The translations under genes were made by a program, and so were the position numbers. This document shows positions 1-12,291 of a stretch of 64,000 nucleotides of DNA, piece after piece. Numbering within the stretch: the first letter of the stretch is position 1; each line of letters opens with the position of its first letter. The DNA lies in contig NC_043004.1 in the NCBI RefSeq assembly GCF_006345805.1, positions 78,058,001-78,122,000 on the forward strand, read 5' to 3'. The notes under the pieces were generated by a model, which was not told the origin of the DNA, made no database searches, and saw only the letters and a program-made list of their open reading frames with translations. Origin of the DNA: Octopus sinensis (taxonomy: Eukaryota).

Positions 1-164
1 TAAAAACCGTAACATCTCTGGTTCAATCCTATGGTGCCACACAACTTGGAGGCCTTCTAATATAGCCCAAGGCTGGATTTGGTGGTCAAAGACTGCAAGA
101 ATTTCAGTGTGTGTGTGTGTGTGTTAAATTGATGCTGCCTGACCCCCCCCCCCCCCCCCACTGA

Positions 165-414
165 GCTGGTGGAACATAAAAAGCACCAAATGAGTGTGGT
201 TGATGCCAGTGCCGCCTGACTGGCACCTGTACCAGTGGCACGTAAGAAGCAGCCACTACACTCTTGGAGTGGTTGGCATTAGGAAGGGCATCAAGCTGTA
301 GAAACCTTGCCAGAACAGAATGGAGACTGGTGCAGCCTCCCAACTTGCCAGTCCTCAGTCAAACCGTCCAACCCATGCCAGCATGGAAAACAGACATTAA
401 ACGATGATGATGAC
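165..414 (+). mobile_element. RTE 3'-tail copy
   Basis: GTGGTTGGCATTAGGAAGGGCATC...CCAACCCATGCCAGCATGGAAAACAGACATTAAACGATGATGATG. Confidence 0.8.
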
Positions 415-548
415 TGCTTCTGTCCTTATCAGTTATTATATACGTCAGTGTTGGGCTTCCACACAGTTTCCGTTTCTGTCTACCAAATTCACTCACATGG
501 CATTGGTCCACCTGGGGCTCTAGTAGAAGATGCTTTGCTGAAGATGCT

Positions 549-916
549 TTGTTTGATTGTCTGTTGAGCGAAGTGGTCTTTGTCCCACTGTAGTGGGAGA
601 AGTCCGAAACGTGGTCCTTTGCTATTCGTAAGACCTGGAGAAGAGAAAGCACGTCAACCCCCGACACCAAGAGCATCGACAGATGGATGAATGTGCATCC
701 AGGCTCAGTGGTTGTGTAGGAAGTCGGGGACAAAAAACAGGAAAAAAGAGTGAGAGTAAGTTGGGGCGAAAGAGTACAACAGGGGTTGCTACCACCCTCG
801 TGGAGCTTTAGGTGCTTTCGCTCAATAAACACACACAATGCCCGGTCTGGGAACTGAAACCGCAATCCTCCGACCGCGAGTTCGCTGCCCTAACCACTGG
901 GCCATTGCGCCTCCAC
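549..916 (-). mobile_element. SINE C (tRNA-like head, (AAAC)n tail) nested in a SINE B
   Basis: Head GGCGCAATGGCCCAGTGGTTAGGGCAGC...GTTTCAGTTCCC; 13-bp TSD TGCTGAAGATGCT at 536-548 and 917-929. Confidence 0.9.
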
Positions 917-1524
917 TGCTGAAGATGCTGCACAGTAGTATTGAACCCCAAACCAGGTGGTCACAAAACAAACTTCTTAACCACACTGTCACACCTGTAC
1001 CTATAAATACAGGTATATTTTCAGGTATATTTGTTTTATTTATTTTTATGTTTCTCTTTTGTGTTATTGTTTTATTTTATCCTTCAAAACTACAAACAAC
1101 ACACAAAACAATGTCTCTTATCAATTAATCAACAATAACAATAACGAAGTATCGAAGTGCACTGATGATAAATTTAGATTGGAATGACCAAAACCAGCCT
1201 GGAACACAATGACATGATTAGAATTTGATTGGTGCCAACCTGTAAACGATATTACAGGTGCAGATTAACTTGGAATATCGCATATCAAAGCTGCTATGCT
1301 TTAACAGTTCTACTGCTTGGTGAAGGATTGAGATTCCTGGCACACTTGTCTGCTAACAGCGACACCAATATGGTTGGTAAAGAACTCTCTCACAGAAAAA
1401 AAGTGGTTCCATTCTCTAAAAAAAAAAATCTTGAACTTTTGTCACTGTTTAAGATGGAGGGGAGGCTTTGTTTGTTTGTGGGGGTGGTTGTTGTTACTGC
1501 TGCTGCTGTTGCCAACACTGTCAG

Positions 1525-1652
1525 CAGCAGCACCACCACCATACCACCATCATGACTACCACCACTGGCACCCCCACCACCACCATTGCCATCACCATAC
1601 CTACCACTACTACTACTACCACCACCACCACTACCACCACCACCCACTACTA
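1525..1652. repeat. (CAC)n/(TAC)n trinucleotide tract
   Basis: Directly visible. Confidence 0.9.
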
Positions 1653-2117
1653 ATGCCACTGAAGTCATTCCAATATTTTCATTTAATTAGTAAACAATTT
1701 TGATTTTAGTTTCATTAACGCCGATCTTATCCCTTGTTTTAAATAAGCATGCAAGGAATTTTCTTTCAATTCTATTTCTATGTGCTTTCTATTTGTAGAT
1801 AAAATCAGCATTTGTGTATGAAGAATATTTTTGTGGACCCAGGAGAAGAAAAATAAATTCATAAAATTGTTCAGCAGATTATGAAGGAAAGAAAGAGAAA
1901 AGAGAAAATTAGGGAACTTTGATTACAATGAAATCATAGCTCATTGGGGTAATTAACAAAGAAAGCCAATTGAAAATATATCAATTATTGATTGGAATTA
2001 TTGCCTTACTAATTTCATAAAAGTATATTTTAAAATAAAAAAAAAAAGTGGGGAGAGGGTAGGAACTGAGAAATCAATCAATCTCTAGTAATGTTCAATA
2101 GAGGTTGAACATTTTAC

Positions 2118-2208
2118 CTGAAAGCTCGTTGTCTCTAAAAACAGGTGAGAGTTTCTGTTCCAGATAAAATCTGCATGAGTCATCATACTTGCAGCTTCAA
2201 CATGTAAA
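2118..2208 (-). other. Candidate internal exon (91 bp), unverified
   Basis: ccacttctgcag|...|CAGgtaaaat; one open frame LHVEAASMMTHADFIWNRNSHLFLETTSFQ; no recognised protein. Confidence 0.18.
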
Positions 2209-2752
2209 CTGCAGAAGTGGGAATGATTCTTAGAGGTGATTGTACGGGGAGTTGAGGTGACTGTATGGAGAGTAGAGGGGAAACCAGTTGAATGTAGATT
2301 GTTGTTTTGCTACAACAAATTCACTTACATGTTTCATAATAAATCTGAGAGACACAGAGAGAACATGTGTGTGTGTGTGTGTGTGTGTGCATGTGTGTGT
2401 GATCGTGTTTGTCTCTCCTCCACTGCCAGGCAACCTATGTTGGTTTGTTTATGTCTTCCTAACTTACCGATTCATGGAAAAGTGACTGATAGAATAAGTG
2501 ACAGACTTTAACAAAAAGGTGGGGTAAAAAAGAAGTATTGGCGTTGATTTGTTCAACTAAATCCTTTGAGGCAGTGCTCCAGCATGGCCACAACCCAATG
2601 ACTGATATATGTTAAAAGACAGTTACAGCAGAATCCAGTGTGTATATATCCACATTGATCAGACAACTTCAGTTGTTGTCTTACATTGTTAACTGATATT
2701 AACACACCAACATGTGTGTCTATACACATGCATAGAAACACACACACACACA

Positions 2753-2813
<61 letters not shown>

Positions 2814-2990
2814 TGCAAGAGTGGCTGTGTGGTAAGAAGCTTGCTTCCCAACCACATGGTTCCAGGTTCAGTCCCACTGCATGGCACCTTGGGCAAGTGT
2901 CTTCTACCTTGTGAGTGGATTTGATAGATGGAAACTGAAAGAAGCCTGTTGTGCATATATACATATACACACACACACACACACACACTT

Positions 2991-3134
2991 TTGGAGTGGT
3001 TGGCGTTAGGAAGGACATCCAGCTGTAGAAACTTTGCCAGATCAAATTGGAGTCTGGTGCAGCCTTCTGGCTTGCCAGGCCTCAGTCTAACAATCCAACC
3101 CATGTCAGCATGGAAAGCAGACGTTAAACAACAA

Positions 3135-3138
<4 letters not shown>
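2991..3138 (+). mobile_element. RTE 3'-tail copy inserted in the internal microsatellite of a SINE B
   Basis: Tail module lies between the SINE B head (2811-2950) and SINE B 3' part (3181-3270). Confidence 0.75.
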
Positions 3139-3182
<44 letters not shown>

Positions 3183-3602
3183 TAGGCTTACAAAGAATAA
3201 GTCCTGGGGGCGATTTGTTTGGCTAAAGGTGGTGCTCCAGCATGGGCACAGTCAAATGACTAAAAGAATATATATATATGATGATGATGATGCGTAGATA
3301 TTATTATTGTGTGAGACATGCCTAAGAGATGAAAAATAGTGGGAAACAATTTATTGCAGAGTAATTGCATACCAAAGCATTTATTAACCATTACAGGTGT
3401 TTCATTTGATAATAGGAGCTACAAAATTGTACATGTAGGACAAACATGTAAGATATCATCTATTAGAAATTCTTGAAACAAATATTTATACACACACACA
3501 GACATGCGTGTACACACAGGAGGCTTCTTTCAGTTTCCCTTTACTAAATCAATTTGCAAAGCTTCATTCATGAAGAAAAGCCAAGCTATATATATATGTA
3601 TA

Positions 3603-3835
3603 GGGCGGCGAGCTGGCAGACACGTTAGCGCACCGGGCGGAATGCTTAGCGGTATTTCGTCTGTCGTTACGTTCTGAGTTCAAATTCCGCCGAGGTCGAC
3701 TTTGCCTTTCATCCTTTCGGGGTCGATAAATAAAAGTACCAGTTTCGCACTGGGGTTGATGTAATCGACTTAATCCGTTTGTTTGTCCTTGTTTGTCCTC
3801 TCTATGTTTAGCCCCTTGTGGGTAGTAAAGAAATA
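3603..3835 (+). mobile_element. SINE D, tail type 1
   Basis: GGCGGCGAGCTGGCAGA.ACGTTAGC...GTTCAAATTCCGCCGAGGTCGACTTTGCCTTTCATCCTTTCGGGGTCGATAAA...TTTAGCCCCTTGTGGG..GTAAAGAAATA. Confidence 0.88.
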
Positions 3836-3873
3836 TATATATATGTATAGGTGTGTGGATACACATCTCACAT

Positions 3874-4190
3874 AGGCATAGCTGTGGCTGTGTGGTAAGA
3901 AGTTTGCTTCCCAACCACATGGTTCTTGGTTCAGTCCAACAGTGTGGTACCTTGGGTAAGTGTCTTCCACAATAGCCTCAGACCAACCAGAACCTTGTGA
4001 CCAGATTTGGCAGACGGAAACTGAAAGAAGCCCATTGCATTTATGTGTGTGTGTGTGTGTGTGTCTTTGTGTTTGTCCCCACCACCATTTGACAATCAAT
4101 GCTGGTTTATTTATGTCCCTGTAACTTAGTGGGTCACCAAAGTGACCTGTAGAATATGTAGCAGGCTTAAAAGAGAAGTACTGGGGTCAG
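3874..4190 (+). mobile_element. SINE B
   Basis: Same head, internal (GT)n and 3' part. Confidence 0.75.
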
Positions 4191-4231
4191 TCTTTGCAAG
4201 CAGTAAATGTGCAGACAAGGGGTTCCCTCAA

Positions 4232-5524
4232 ATGCTGGGGGAAGGGGTCAAGAGAAGTAGTAGATAGCTTCTGATACCTGGGAGACTAGTTTAGCAGTGG
4301 GGGAGTAAGTTCTGAAAGCATAGTTGCTAGAATAAGAACGGACCAGGCAAAGTTCAGAGAGTTTGTACCTTTGTTGGTAACTAAGGGCCTCCCCCTCAGA
4401 GAGGAAGGCAGACTGTATGATGGCCATGTACATACAGCTATGCTACATGGCAGTGAAACATGGGCTTCGACTGCAGAGGACTTGTGAAGGCTTGAAAGAA
4501 ATGAAGCTAGCATACTCTGCTGAATGGTAATGCCAGTGTGCATGCTCAACAGAGTGTAAATGATTTGAGGAAAACTGGGTATGAGAGGCATCAGATGTTG
4601 TGGGCAAGAGAGAAGACTGTGCTGGTTTGGTCATGTGATGATGCATATGGATGAGGACAGCTGTGTAAAGAAGTGCTGAACTCTGACAGTTTGTTTGTTG
4701 AGCGAAATGGTCTTTGTCCCAGAGCAAGATCGCGGTCTGTAGTGGGAGAAGTCCGAAACGTGGTCCTTTGCTATTCGTAAGACCTAGAGAAGAGAAAGCA
4801 GGTCAACCTCTGATACCGAGAGCATTGACGGATGGATGAATGTGCATCCAGGCTCAGTAGTTGCGTAGGAAGTCGGGGACAAGAAACAGGAAGTAAGAGT
4901 GAGAGAAAGTTGAAGTGGAAGGGTACAACAGGAGTCGCCACCATCCCCTGCCAGAGCCTCATGGAGCTTTAGGTGTTTTCACTCAATAAACACACACAGC
5001 GCCCGATCTGGGAATCGAAAACACAATCCTCCGAACGCGAGTCCGCTGCCCTAACCACTGGGCCATTGCGCCTCCACAACTCTGACAGTAGAGGGCGACT
5101 GTGGAAGGGATAGACCCAGGAAGACAAGGGATGAAGTGGTGCAAAAGGATCTTTGGACACTGGGCCTCACTGAGGAAATGATAAGGGACCAGGAGTTGTG
5201 GTGAGTTGCTGTGAAGGCATGTCAAGCTAAGTAAAATTGGTGTTTTCCACACATACAGGCTTGTCCTTCACATGTGCTGGTGCCACATAAAATGCACCTG
5301 TCCCAAGCACACACGCTGGTGCTGCAGAGATACACCCATGCTGGTGGCACGTAAAAGGCACCCAGCACACCCTGCTAAGTGGTTGGCATTAGGAAGGGCA
5401 TCCAGCCATAGAAACCATGCCACAACAGGCAATTGGAGTATAGACAGCTCCCTGCTAGCCACCTAGATATCAAACCATCCAACCCATGCCAACATGAGAA
5501 ATGGACATTAAACAATAATGATGA
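4232..5524 (+). mobile_element. Decayed RTE LINE 3' portion, interrupted by SINE C at 4691-5077
   Basis: Translates to pieces homologous to the 37.4-37.9 kb region (YLGD, KFREFVPLLVTKG, GRLYD..HTAMLHGSETW, RPRKT.DEVV), followed by the same 3' tail module. Confidence 0.8.
4691..5077 (-). mobile_element. SINE C nested in RTE LINE
   Basis: 12-bp TSD AACTCTGACAGT at 4679-4690 and 5078-5089. Confidence 0.9.
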
Positions 5525-6736
5525 ACTAAAAAACTCTTCATGATAGTGCCCCAGCATGGCCACAGTCTAATGACTGAAACAAGTGAAACGATCTCCTTAT
5601 GAATAGCTAGGTGTGTCACTGTCATACGAGCAGTATAATTCATTTCCAATCTTCTCCAACAACATGTCTGGCCACGGGGAAGTATTAGGCTGCATTTCCA
5701 AAGCCAATATTAAGATAAATGAAGTGAAACAACACAAGACCATTAAAATCAGAAGCAGGTTCATAATGTTAGAAGACAAGGACCGAATACCTTCTTGTCT
5801 GCAATGCACAACACCCTCTGCTGATGTGGTGCAGTCTGGTCAGTTTGAAATACTTCACTAACGTTTATTGGTGGAACTATCAGCAGAATTTAAAATTTAA
5901 ATTTTACAATCAATACCAAACACACACCTCCACACATATATAGGTGCATACACTCATATACACACATAGAAGCACACACAGATACACACATATACATAGA
6001 TACACACACACACATCTGGTTTTATATATGGAAGTTCCCTTTGAAGTTTACCTCTTCTCCAAGAGAATGTTTAAACTAACGTTTAATTGCATTTCGTTAT
6101 TGGATGCAAATATTCATTTGCAATGTTCGATTCTATGTTATTAAGTACATTTTTAAACAGAAAAATAACACAATATATAATTTTTTTTTTATATAGTTGA
6201 TTCAGAAAGCAAAAAAATACATTCTATATTTACCATTTTCAGAAAATATTGAATATTTCATATATAAAAATTGGAAAACAGTTTTTGTTTTTAATTAAAA
6301 ATATTTTTTAAAATAGTCAATAAAAAACACATTTTCCAACCATTCCAAAGACTTCGATAAACAAGTAAATTCCAGTGAAATGGTTCTAAATGGTCTTCTG
6401 TAACCACAACCAACTCACATTAACTAACTCCCATTTTCATATTGCTTTGCAAGTCATTTTTAGCAAATACATCGATAAAAATAATAAAGTCAATAAATAA
6501 ACAAATGAATGATAAACATTTATAGAATGTTCAGTTGTTTAAAATGGAGAAAATGTGGTCAAGAACAGCGAAAAGTCATCACCATCATCATCATCATCAT
6601 TTGACTGTTTGCTTGTCCAAAGAATTTTTGTCCTAATAGTTTGTCCTAATAGTTTGTCCTAAACATCCATTGCTTGTTCACAGACTTTTGGCCTTAGGAG
6701 CTTAATTTGGTTTTGTTGGTGGGTAGTAGTGTTGGT

Positions 6737-6941
6737 ACTCTAGGCACAAGGCCAGAAATTTTTGGGGGAAGGACCACATGATTAGATCGACCCCAGTATG
6801 CAACTGGTACTTAATTTATCAACTCCAAAAGGATGAAAGGCAAATCAACCTCGGCGGAATTTGAACTCAGAATGTAAAGACAGACGAAATACCGCCAAGC
6901 ATTTCGCTCGGCGTGCTAACGTTTCTGCCAGCTCACCGCCT
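6737..6941 (-). mobile_element. SINE D, tail type 2
   Basis: Same head and core; 3' end CCCCCAAAAATTTCTGGCCTTGTGCCTAGAGTA. Confidence 0.8.
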
Positions 6942-7229
6942 CCAAAGAAAGCTAGAAGAATATTGAGTGAAACTTAGTAACCAGTTGAATTAGTAAGTGT
7001 GGCCACATTTCAGTGTGTGTGGGGGGGGGGGCAGTGTACAATTTGCCCTTCAAGAGGAAGGCCCTTGATGCGCATTGTCTCCTGATGACCCCCATAAACT
7101 TGCTAGCATCCAGTATGCAGTGCTTTCAACTGGTAGCACTTGCAAGTTGTTTGCAAAAAATCTTAGATGATGAAGAATATATTGTCTAGAGACCTGAAAT
7201 TATCAGTCAAGTGACCTGTGCATCACATA

Positions 7230-7264
<35 letters not shown>

Positions 7265-7482
7265 AGCAAGCATGGCTGTGTGGTAAGTAGCTTGCTTACC
7301 AACCACATGGTCATGGGTTCAGTCCCACAGTGTGACACCTTGGGCGAGTGTCTTCTACTATAGCCTTAGGCCAACCAAAGCCTTGTGAGTTGATTTGTAG
7401 CAGTGGCAATCATGAAATCAGCAAGTAAATCACAAGACCCCCTCCACAGAGTGGAAAGCATCTTGGAATGTAAGAGAAATCA

Positions 7483-7777
7483 CTATCTATCTATCTATCT
7501 ATCTATCTATCTGTCTGTCCATCTATTTATCTTTCTGTCTATCTGTCTCTCTGTCTATCTATCTATCTCTTTATCTCTGTCTATATATCCCTCTATCAAT
7601 CTATCTATCTATTTTTCTCTCTGTCTATTTATCTCACTATTTATCCCTCTGTCTATCTATCTTTCTCTCTATCTACCTCCCTCACTCTCTATCTATCTAT
7701 CTCCCTATCTATCTATCTTATCTATCTATCTATCTCCCTCCCTCTATCTATCTATCTATCTATCTATGTATCCATCC
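7483..7777. repeat. (CTAT)n degenerate array
   Basis: Directly visible. Confidence 0.95.
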
Positions 7778-8158
7778 AGCTCTTCCCTGTATCATTAGTT
7801 TCCTAAGTCTTTATAAGTCCTGTACATGACAGATATTAAAAAAATGCTACAGTTCTAGAAAAGCTGAAAGTAGAAAGACACCCATTGCAGGGTATCAAGT
7901 CCACAAAGCTTATCCTATTTTGGACATATACTGTGGCAGTAATCATTGTCCTAAACAATCCTGACAGAGAGCATGGCAGGGAAAGGAGCAAAGGACCCTC
8001 TGGAAAACAAGAGCCTGCCTGTATGCAGTTCTGAACAGAGGGAACTAAAATATCTTGGCACATCGACTCCTGAACACAGACAGGGCACCCAGGCTGATTA
8101 TATATACGTGCACACACACGCACACACATACACACACATGCCATCATCATGATTGTGA

Positions 8159-8342
8159 TCATCATCATTTGAAATCTGTATTTCCCATGCTGACATGGGT
8201 TGGATGGTTTAACAGGAGCTGGCAAGCCAGAGAGTTGCACCAAGCTCCAATTATCTGTTGTGACAAGGTTTCTGCAGCTTGATGCCCTTCCCAACCACTT
8301 CACAGAATGTACCAGGTGCTTTTTATGTGGCACCAGCATTTA
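8159..8342 (-). mobile_element. RTE 3'-tail copy (older subfamily)
   Basis: (CAT)n then CCATGCTGACATGGGTTGGATGG...GATGCCCTTCCCAACC on the plus strand. Confidence 0.7.
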
Positions 8343-8371
8343 TGTGGAGCCAGCAATATGTATATATAGTC

Positions 8372-8561
8372 AAGGTGGTGAGCTGGCAGAAACGTTACGT
8401 TCTGAGTTCAAATTCCACCAAGGTCGACTTTGCCTTTCATCCTTTTGAAGTCGATTAAGTAAGTACCAGTTACACACTGGGGTTGATGTAACAACTTAAT
8501 CCCTTTGTCTATCCTTGATTGTCCCCTCTGTGTTTAGCCCCCTGTGGGCAATAAAGAAATA
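8372..8561 (+). mobile_element. SINE D, tail type 1 (internal deletion)
   Basis: Match to the 3603 copy. Confidence 0.8.
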
Positions 8562-9635
8562 AGTATGTATATATAGTCATTAGATCCCTGTAACATCATG
8601 CAATAAAGTCTTCCCTGATCATCTGTTGTAACTAAGCATTTAATAGCACTTGAAACAGCCAATGCAGAGTTTCAAACAACCACAATGGCGAAACGTGTGT
8701 AGGGACAAATGATATAAGCTTGTGTTTATCATAATTCCTCCTACATTTGCTCTGTATATCATAACAAGTAATACATGTAAAGTCAATGCTAAACACTCCA
8801 TACTGGATGCAGATAATCTACGTGGAACTTTAAACTTAACAAAATACTCAGCCTCTCTCTCATCATCATCATCATCATCATCATCATGCACACACACACA
8901 TAGCAATTTTTTGCTGCTGCTGATGATGATTTACTAGTTACATCGAAACTGCATTTCATTATTCAGAAGAATTATCTATGACAAGCAAACAAGAATTCAG
9001 AACTGCAAAGAACACCATCACATATCTTAACAACAACAACAACAACAACACTAATCAATATTTAAGATTACAAATCATGAAATCCTGAACTGCCAATACA
9101 ATGTTATTGAATATAGAAATGTCAGCCTCCAACCATTAAGACTTCAGTTCTAACAAGGAACATACAATCAATCTTTATGCATCAAAAGATTAACTTCGAA
9201 ATTATCCCAAACCACTAATTCCTAGATTTTCGTCGAAATTCAATTTATTTCAAAGGCTGATGGTTCTATATTATCAACAGAGGAACCATATCGGTATAAG
9301 ACTAATAATCCTTATTGATTCTGTGACTCAACTTTGATGGTAAAGTATCATAAAGTCTCGATGCGAATTTGTGTTGGACCTCATTTCTAGCTTCAAAACT
9401 TCACTTGTCTTGCTAAGTGTCTGTGGGGTTAAAAAATTTGATTCCCAAACCATAACATCTCTGGCTCAATCCTATGGTGCCACAGACCTTGGAGGCTTTC
9501 TAATATAGCCCAAGGCTGGATTTGGTAGTCAAAGACTGCAAGAAGTGCAGTGTGTGTTTGTGTATGTTAAATAAAATCTGACAACAAAGCCAAGGCAGTG
9601 TGAACTTTCTAGGACATTTTATAAAGAGAAGGATA

Positions 9636-9682
9636 GTCTTACAGCTGTTTCAGGGATATAAAGATATCCCATCATCAGAGAC
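9636..9682 (-). ncRNA. Type I hammerhead ribozyme motif (Penelope-type)
   Basis: GUCU-CUGAUGA-U-GGGAUAU(CUUU)AUAUCCC-U-GAA-ACAGCUGU-A-AGAC: stem I 4 bp, stem II 7 bp, palindromic stem III, predicted GUA cleavage. Folded by eye. Confidence 0.75.
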
Positions 9683-10252
9683 GATATGTGAGAGTTAAAT
9701 AGAAGGAAATAGCAAAGGTTAATATAAGAAGTTATTTTGGAAAGGGTGAGATATAAGAAGTATAAAGGTTAATATAAGAATAAAAATAAAGATATATGTT
9801 GGATGTTAAAGCTGCTGTTCCATTATCCAAGGAATGGGTAGAGAGGCTTCTTGTCCGTGGTATGTAAATTCTGATAGAAGTTTATATTTTATATTAATGG
9901 ATAGCGTGCAGATATTAATTCCATGTGCTGTTCATTCAAAGGGATCTTGTAGTATAAAAAAACGACCTGTATTAGACTCCTCACTCATACTGGGAGTCTA
10001 ACAGTGATCCTTCCATAACATTTACATAGCCTTATCTGCTTTTTGGGTCTTCTATCTACAAAACCTTTTTTTATTTTTGCTCTCTGCTTATTTCTGCGTT
10101 CCTTTCTGTTGAAGAGCTTAGGCTTTCTCACTACCCAAGCGTTAAACTAATACATCTGTTTGTTGTTTACACACCTGTCTTCGTCTTTTGTTTTGTTTTT
10201 TGTAAATTGCAACCATACACACACACACACATACACTGTCTACAGCAAGAAA

Positions 10253-10286
10253 TTTCTGTTGAAGAGCTTAGGCTCGAAACATAAAA
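10253..10286 (+). ncRNA. Hammerhead-like motif with variant core (CUGUUGA)
   Basis: UUU-CUGUUGA-A-GAGC(UUAG)GCUC-GAAA-CA-U-A-AAA. Confidence 0.35.
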
Positions 10287-10602
10287 GACTTTCTCACTTC
10301 CCAAGCATTAGGAAGGGCATCCAGTTGTAGAAACTATGCCAAAACTGAGAGCAGAGCTTAGTGCTGTCCTTCGGTCAAACTGTCCGACCCATGCCAGCAT
10401 GGAAAACAGATATTAAATGTTGATGATGATTATACACACACCCACACACAGGTGCAGGTGTGGCAAGAAGCTTGCTTACCAACCACAGGGTTCCGGGTTC
10501 AGTCCCACTGCATGGCACTTTGGGCAAGTGTCTTCTTCTGTAGCCTTAGGCCAACCAAAGCCTTGAGAGTGGATTTGGCAGGCAGAAACTGGAAGAAGTC
10601 CG

Positions 10603-10636
<34 letters not shown>

Positions 10637-11025
10637 CATCATCGGTTGACAACCGATGTTGGTGTGTTTATGTCCCTTTCATTTCCTGGCATAAAGCTCC
10701 CTCTCTAGGGATTCTTAGTCTTGCAAACTGCATGGCAACCTAACAAGTGCTGGGGCCACATTAAAAGCACCCAGGACACTCTGTAAAGTGACTGGGGTTA
10801 GGAAGGGCCTCCAGCCATAGAACCTGTGGCACAATACAGGCCTTGGGCCCATTAGAGCCTGTCAAACTGTCTAAACCATGCCATCATGCAACATGGGCAT
10901 TAAATGATAATGATGATGATGGTGGTGATGAAGTACACATACTCACACACATATTGTTGTCCATGTTTAATATACATAAATACACCTTGTCCCCATGCAC
11001 ATACATACCCACCACCCTATGCAGT

Positions 11026-11026
<1 letters not shown>

Positions 11027-11068
<42 letters not shown>

Positions 11069-11182
11069 GTAGAGTGACAGAGTACTGTGAAAGGAAGTGT
11101 ATTATCAAGAGATGCTGTGGCTTTATTATTATTATGTTGGTCAAATATTCTGTCTGTGAAATCAACATAAATCTGTATACAG

Positions 11183-11265
<83 letters not shown>

Positions 11266-11280
11266 TGTGTGTGTATGTGT
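11027..11280. repeat. (AG)n at 11027-11066 and (GT)n at 11187-11280
   Basis: Directly visible. Confidence 0.95.
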
Positions 11281-12114
11281 TTATATGTAGAGAGATGTGT
11301 AAGGTGGCAGAGATAACAAGATGTACGGCCATACTTTAGAGACTATAGACACACACACACACACACACACAGAAACACAGACACACACTTTCATGATTAA
11401 GTAAATATATCTGTATCATGTGTGTGTGTGTAGGTAGGTAGGAGCTATTACTTTATTGAGATTAAAAAGCAAACTGTATTATCTCTTGAAAATAATGCAT
11501 TTCATCCATTTCTGGGAAAAAGATCAATAAACAGACAAATATGTGTATCGTTGAGAACAATAATTATAAATTGCTAAGATAATCAAAGTAAAAGTGGGAT
11601 GAAGTCAACGAGAAGCCAATATGACTTCATCAATGAACAGAGAAGAAGAGAGATCTATTTTTATTCTCATCGTTCAGTCACATCACAATGGCTAAACTTT
11701 TGACTTTCAACAGCATCTTCTTTACAGCAACATAAAGACAAGACTAAGAAGATGTCAGTCAAATATCGAGCAATTATTTTGCAGAGTGGAAATCTAAGAA
11801 AACCATCATCATCCTCATTTAATGTCTGTTTTTCCATGCTGGCATGAGTTGGACAGTTTGACAGGAGCTGGCACGGCTGGAAAGCTGCACCAGGCTCCAG
11901 CTGTCTGCTTTGGCATGGTTTCTAGAGTTGGGTGCCGTTCCTAATGCCCACCACTTTACAGAGTGTGGACTGGGTGATTTTTTAAAAATGGTTGAAACAA
12001 AGGAAAAGAAAGACATACAAGTTCTTCTTTCTTTAGGCTGCGGAAGAACCATTGTTGATGTCTCCATCTCCTACAAGAGATGTGGAGGTTGATGTGGCTA
12101 AGTGTATAGCTTAA

Positions 12115-12291
12115 CCCATTAGCATTTAAACTGGCAATATCAGGCCCAAATATTCTACCTATTCTATGCTCAAGCTTGTCAGGTTTGGCCTCTCACATCT
12201 GCTCTACAATTTTATTCAAACAAACAATCACATCATAGAAATCTCAAAGCTACATGAATAAATAATCATTTTGCAGAATAATACTAAAGGG
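12115..12291. mobile_element. TTAA-flanked MITE, family M2 (decayed copy at ~23938-24141)
   Basis: TTAA|CCCATTAGCATT ... AATACTAAAGGG|TTAA. Confidence 0.7.

Noticed and set aside
3385-3430. GAAACACCTGTA on the minus strand, like a hammerhead 3' half
   Set aside because: No CUGANGA core upstream; at most an unrecognisably decayed relic.
8915-8960. CTGATGA...GAAA spacing resembling a hammerhead
   Set aside because: The core comes from a (CTG)(ATG) microsatellite; stem I does not pair and stem III is not palindromic.
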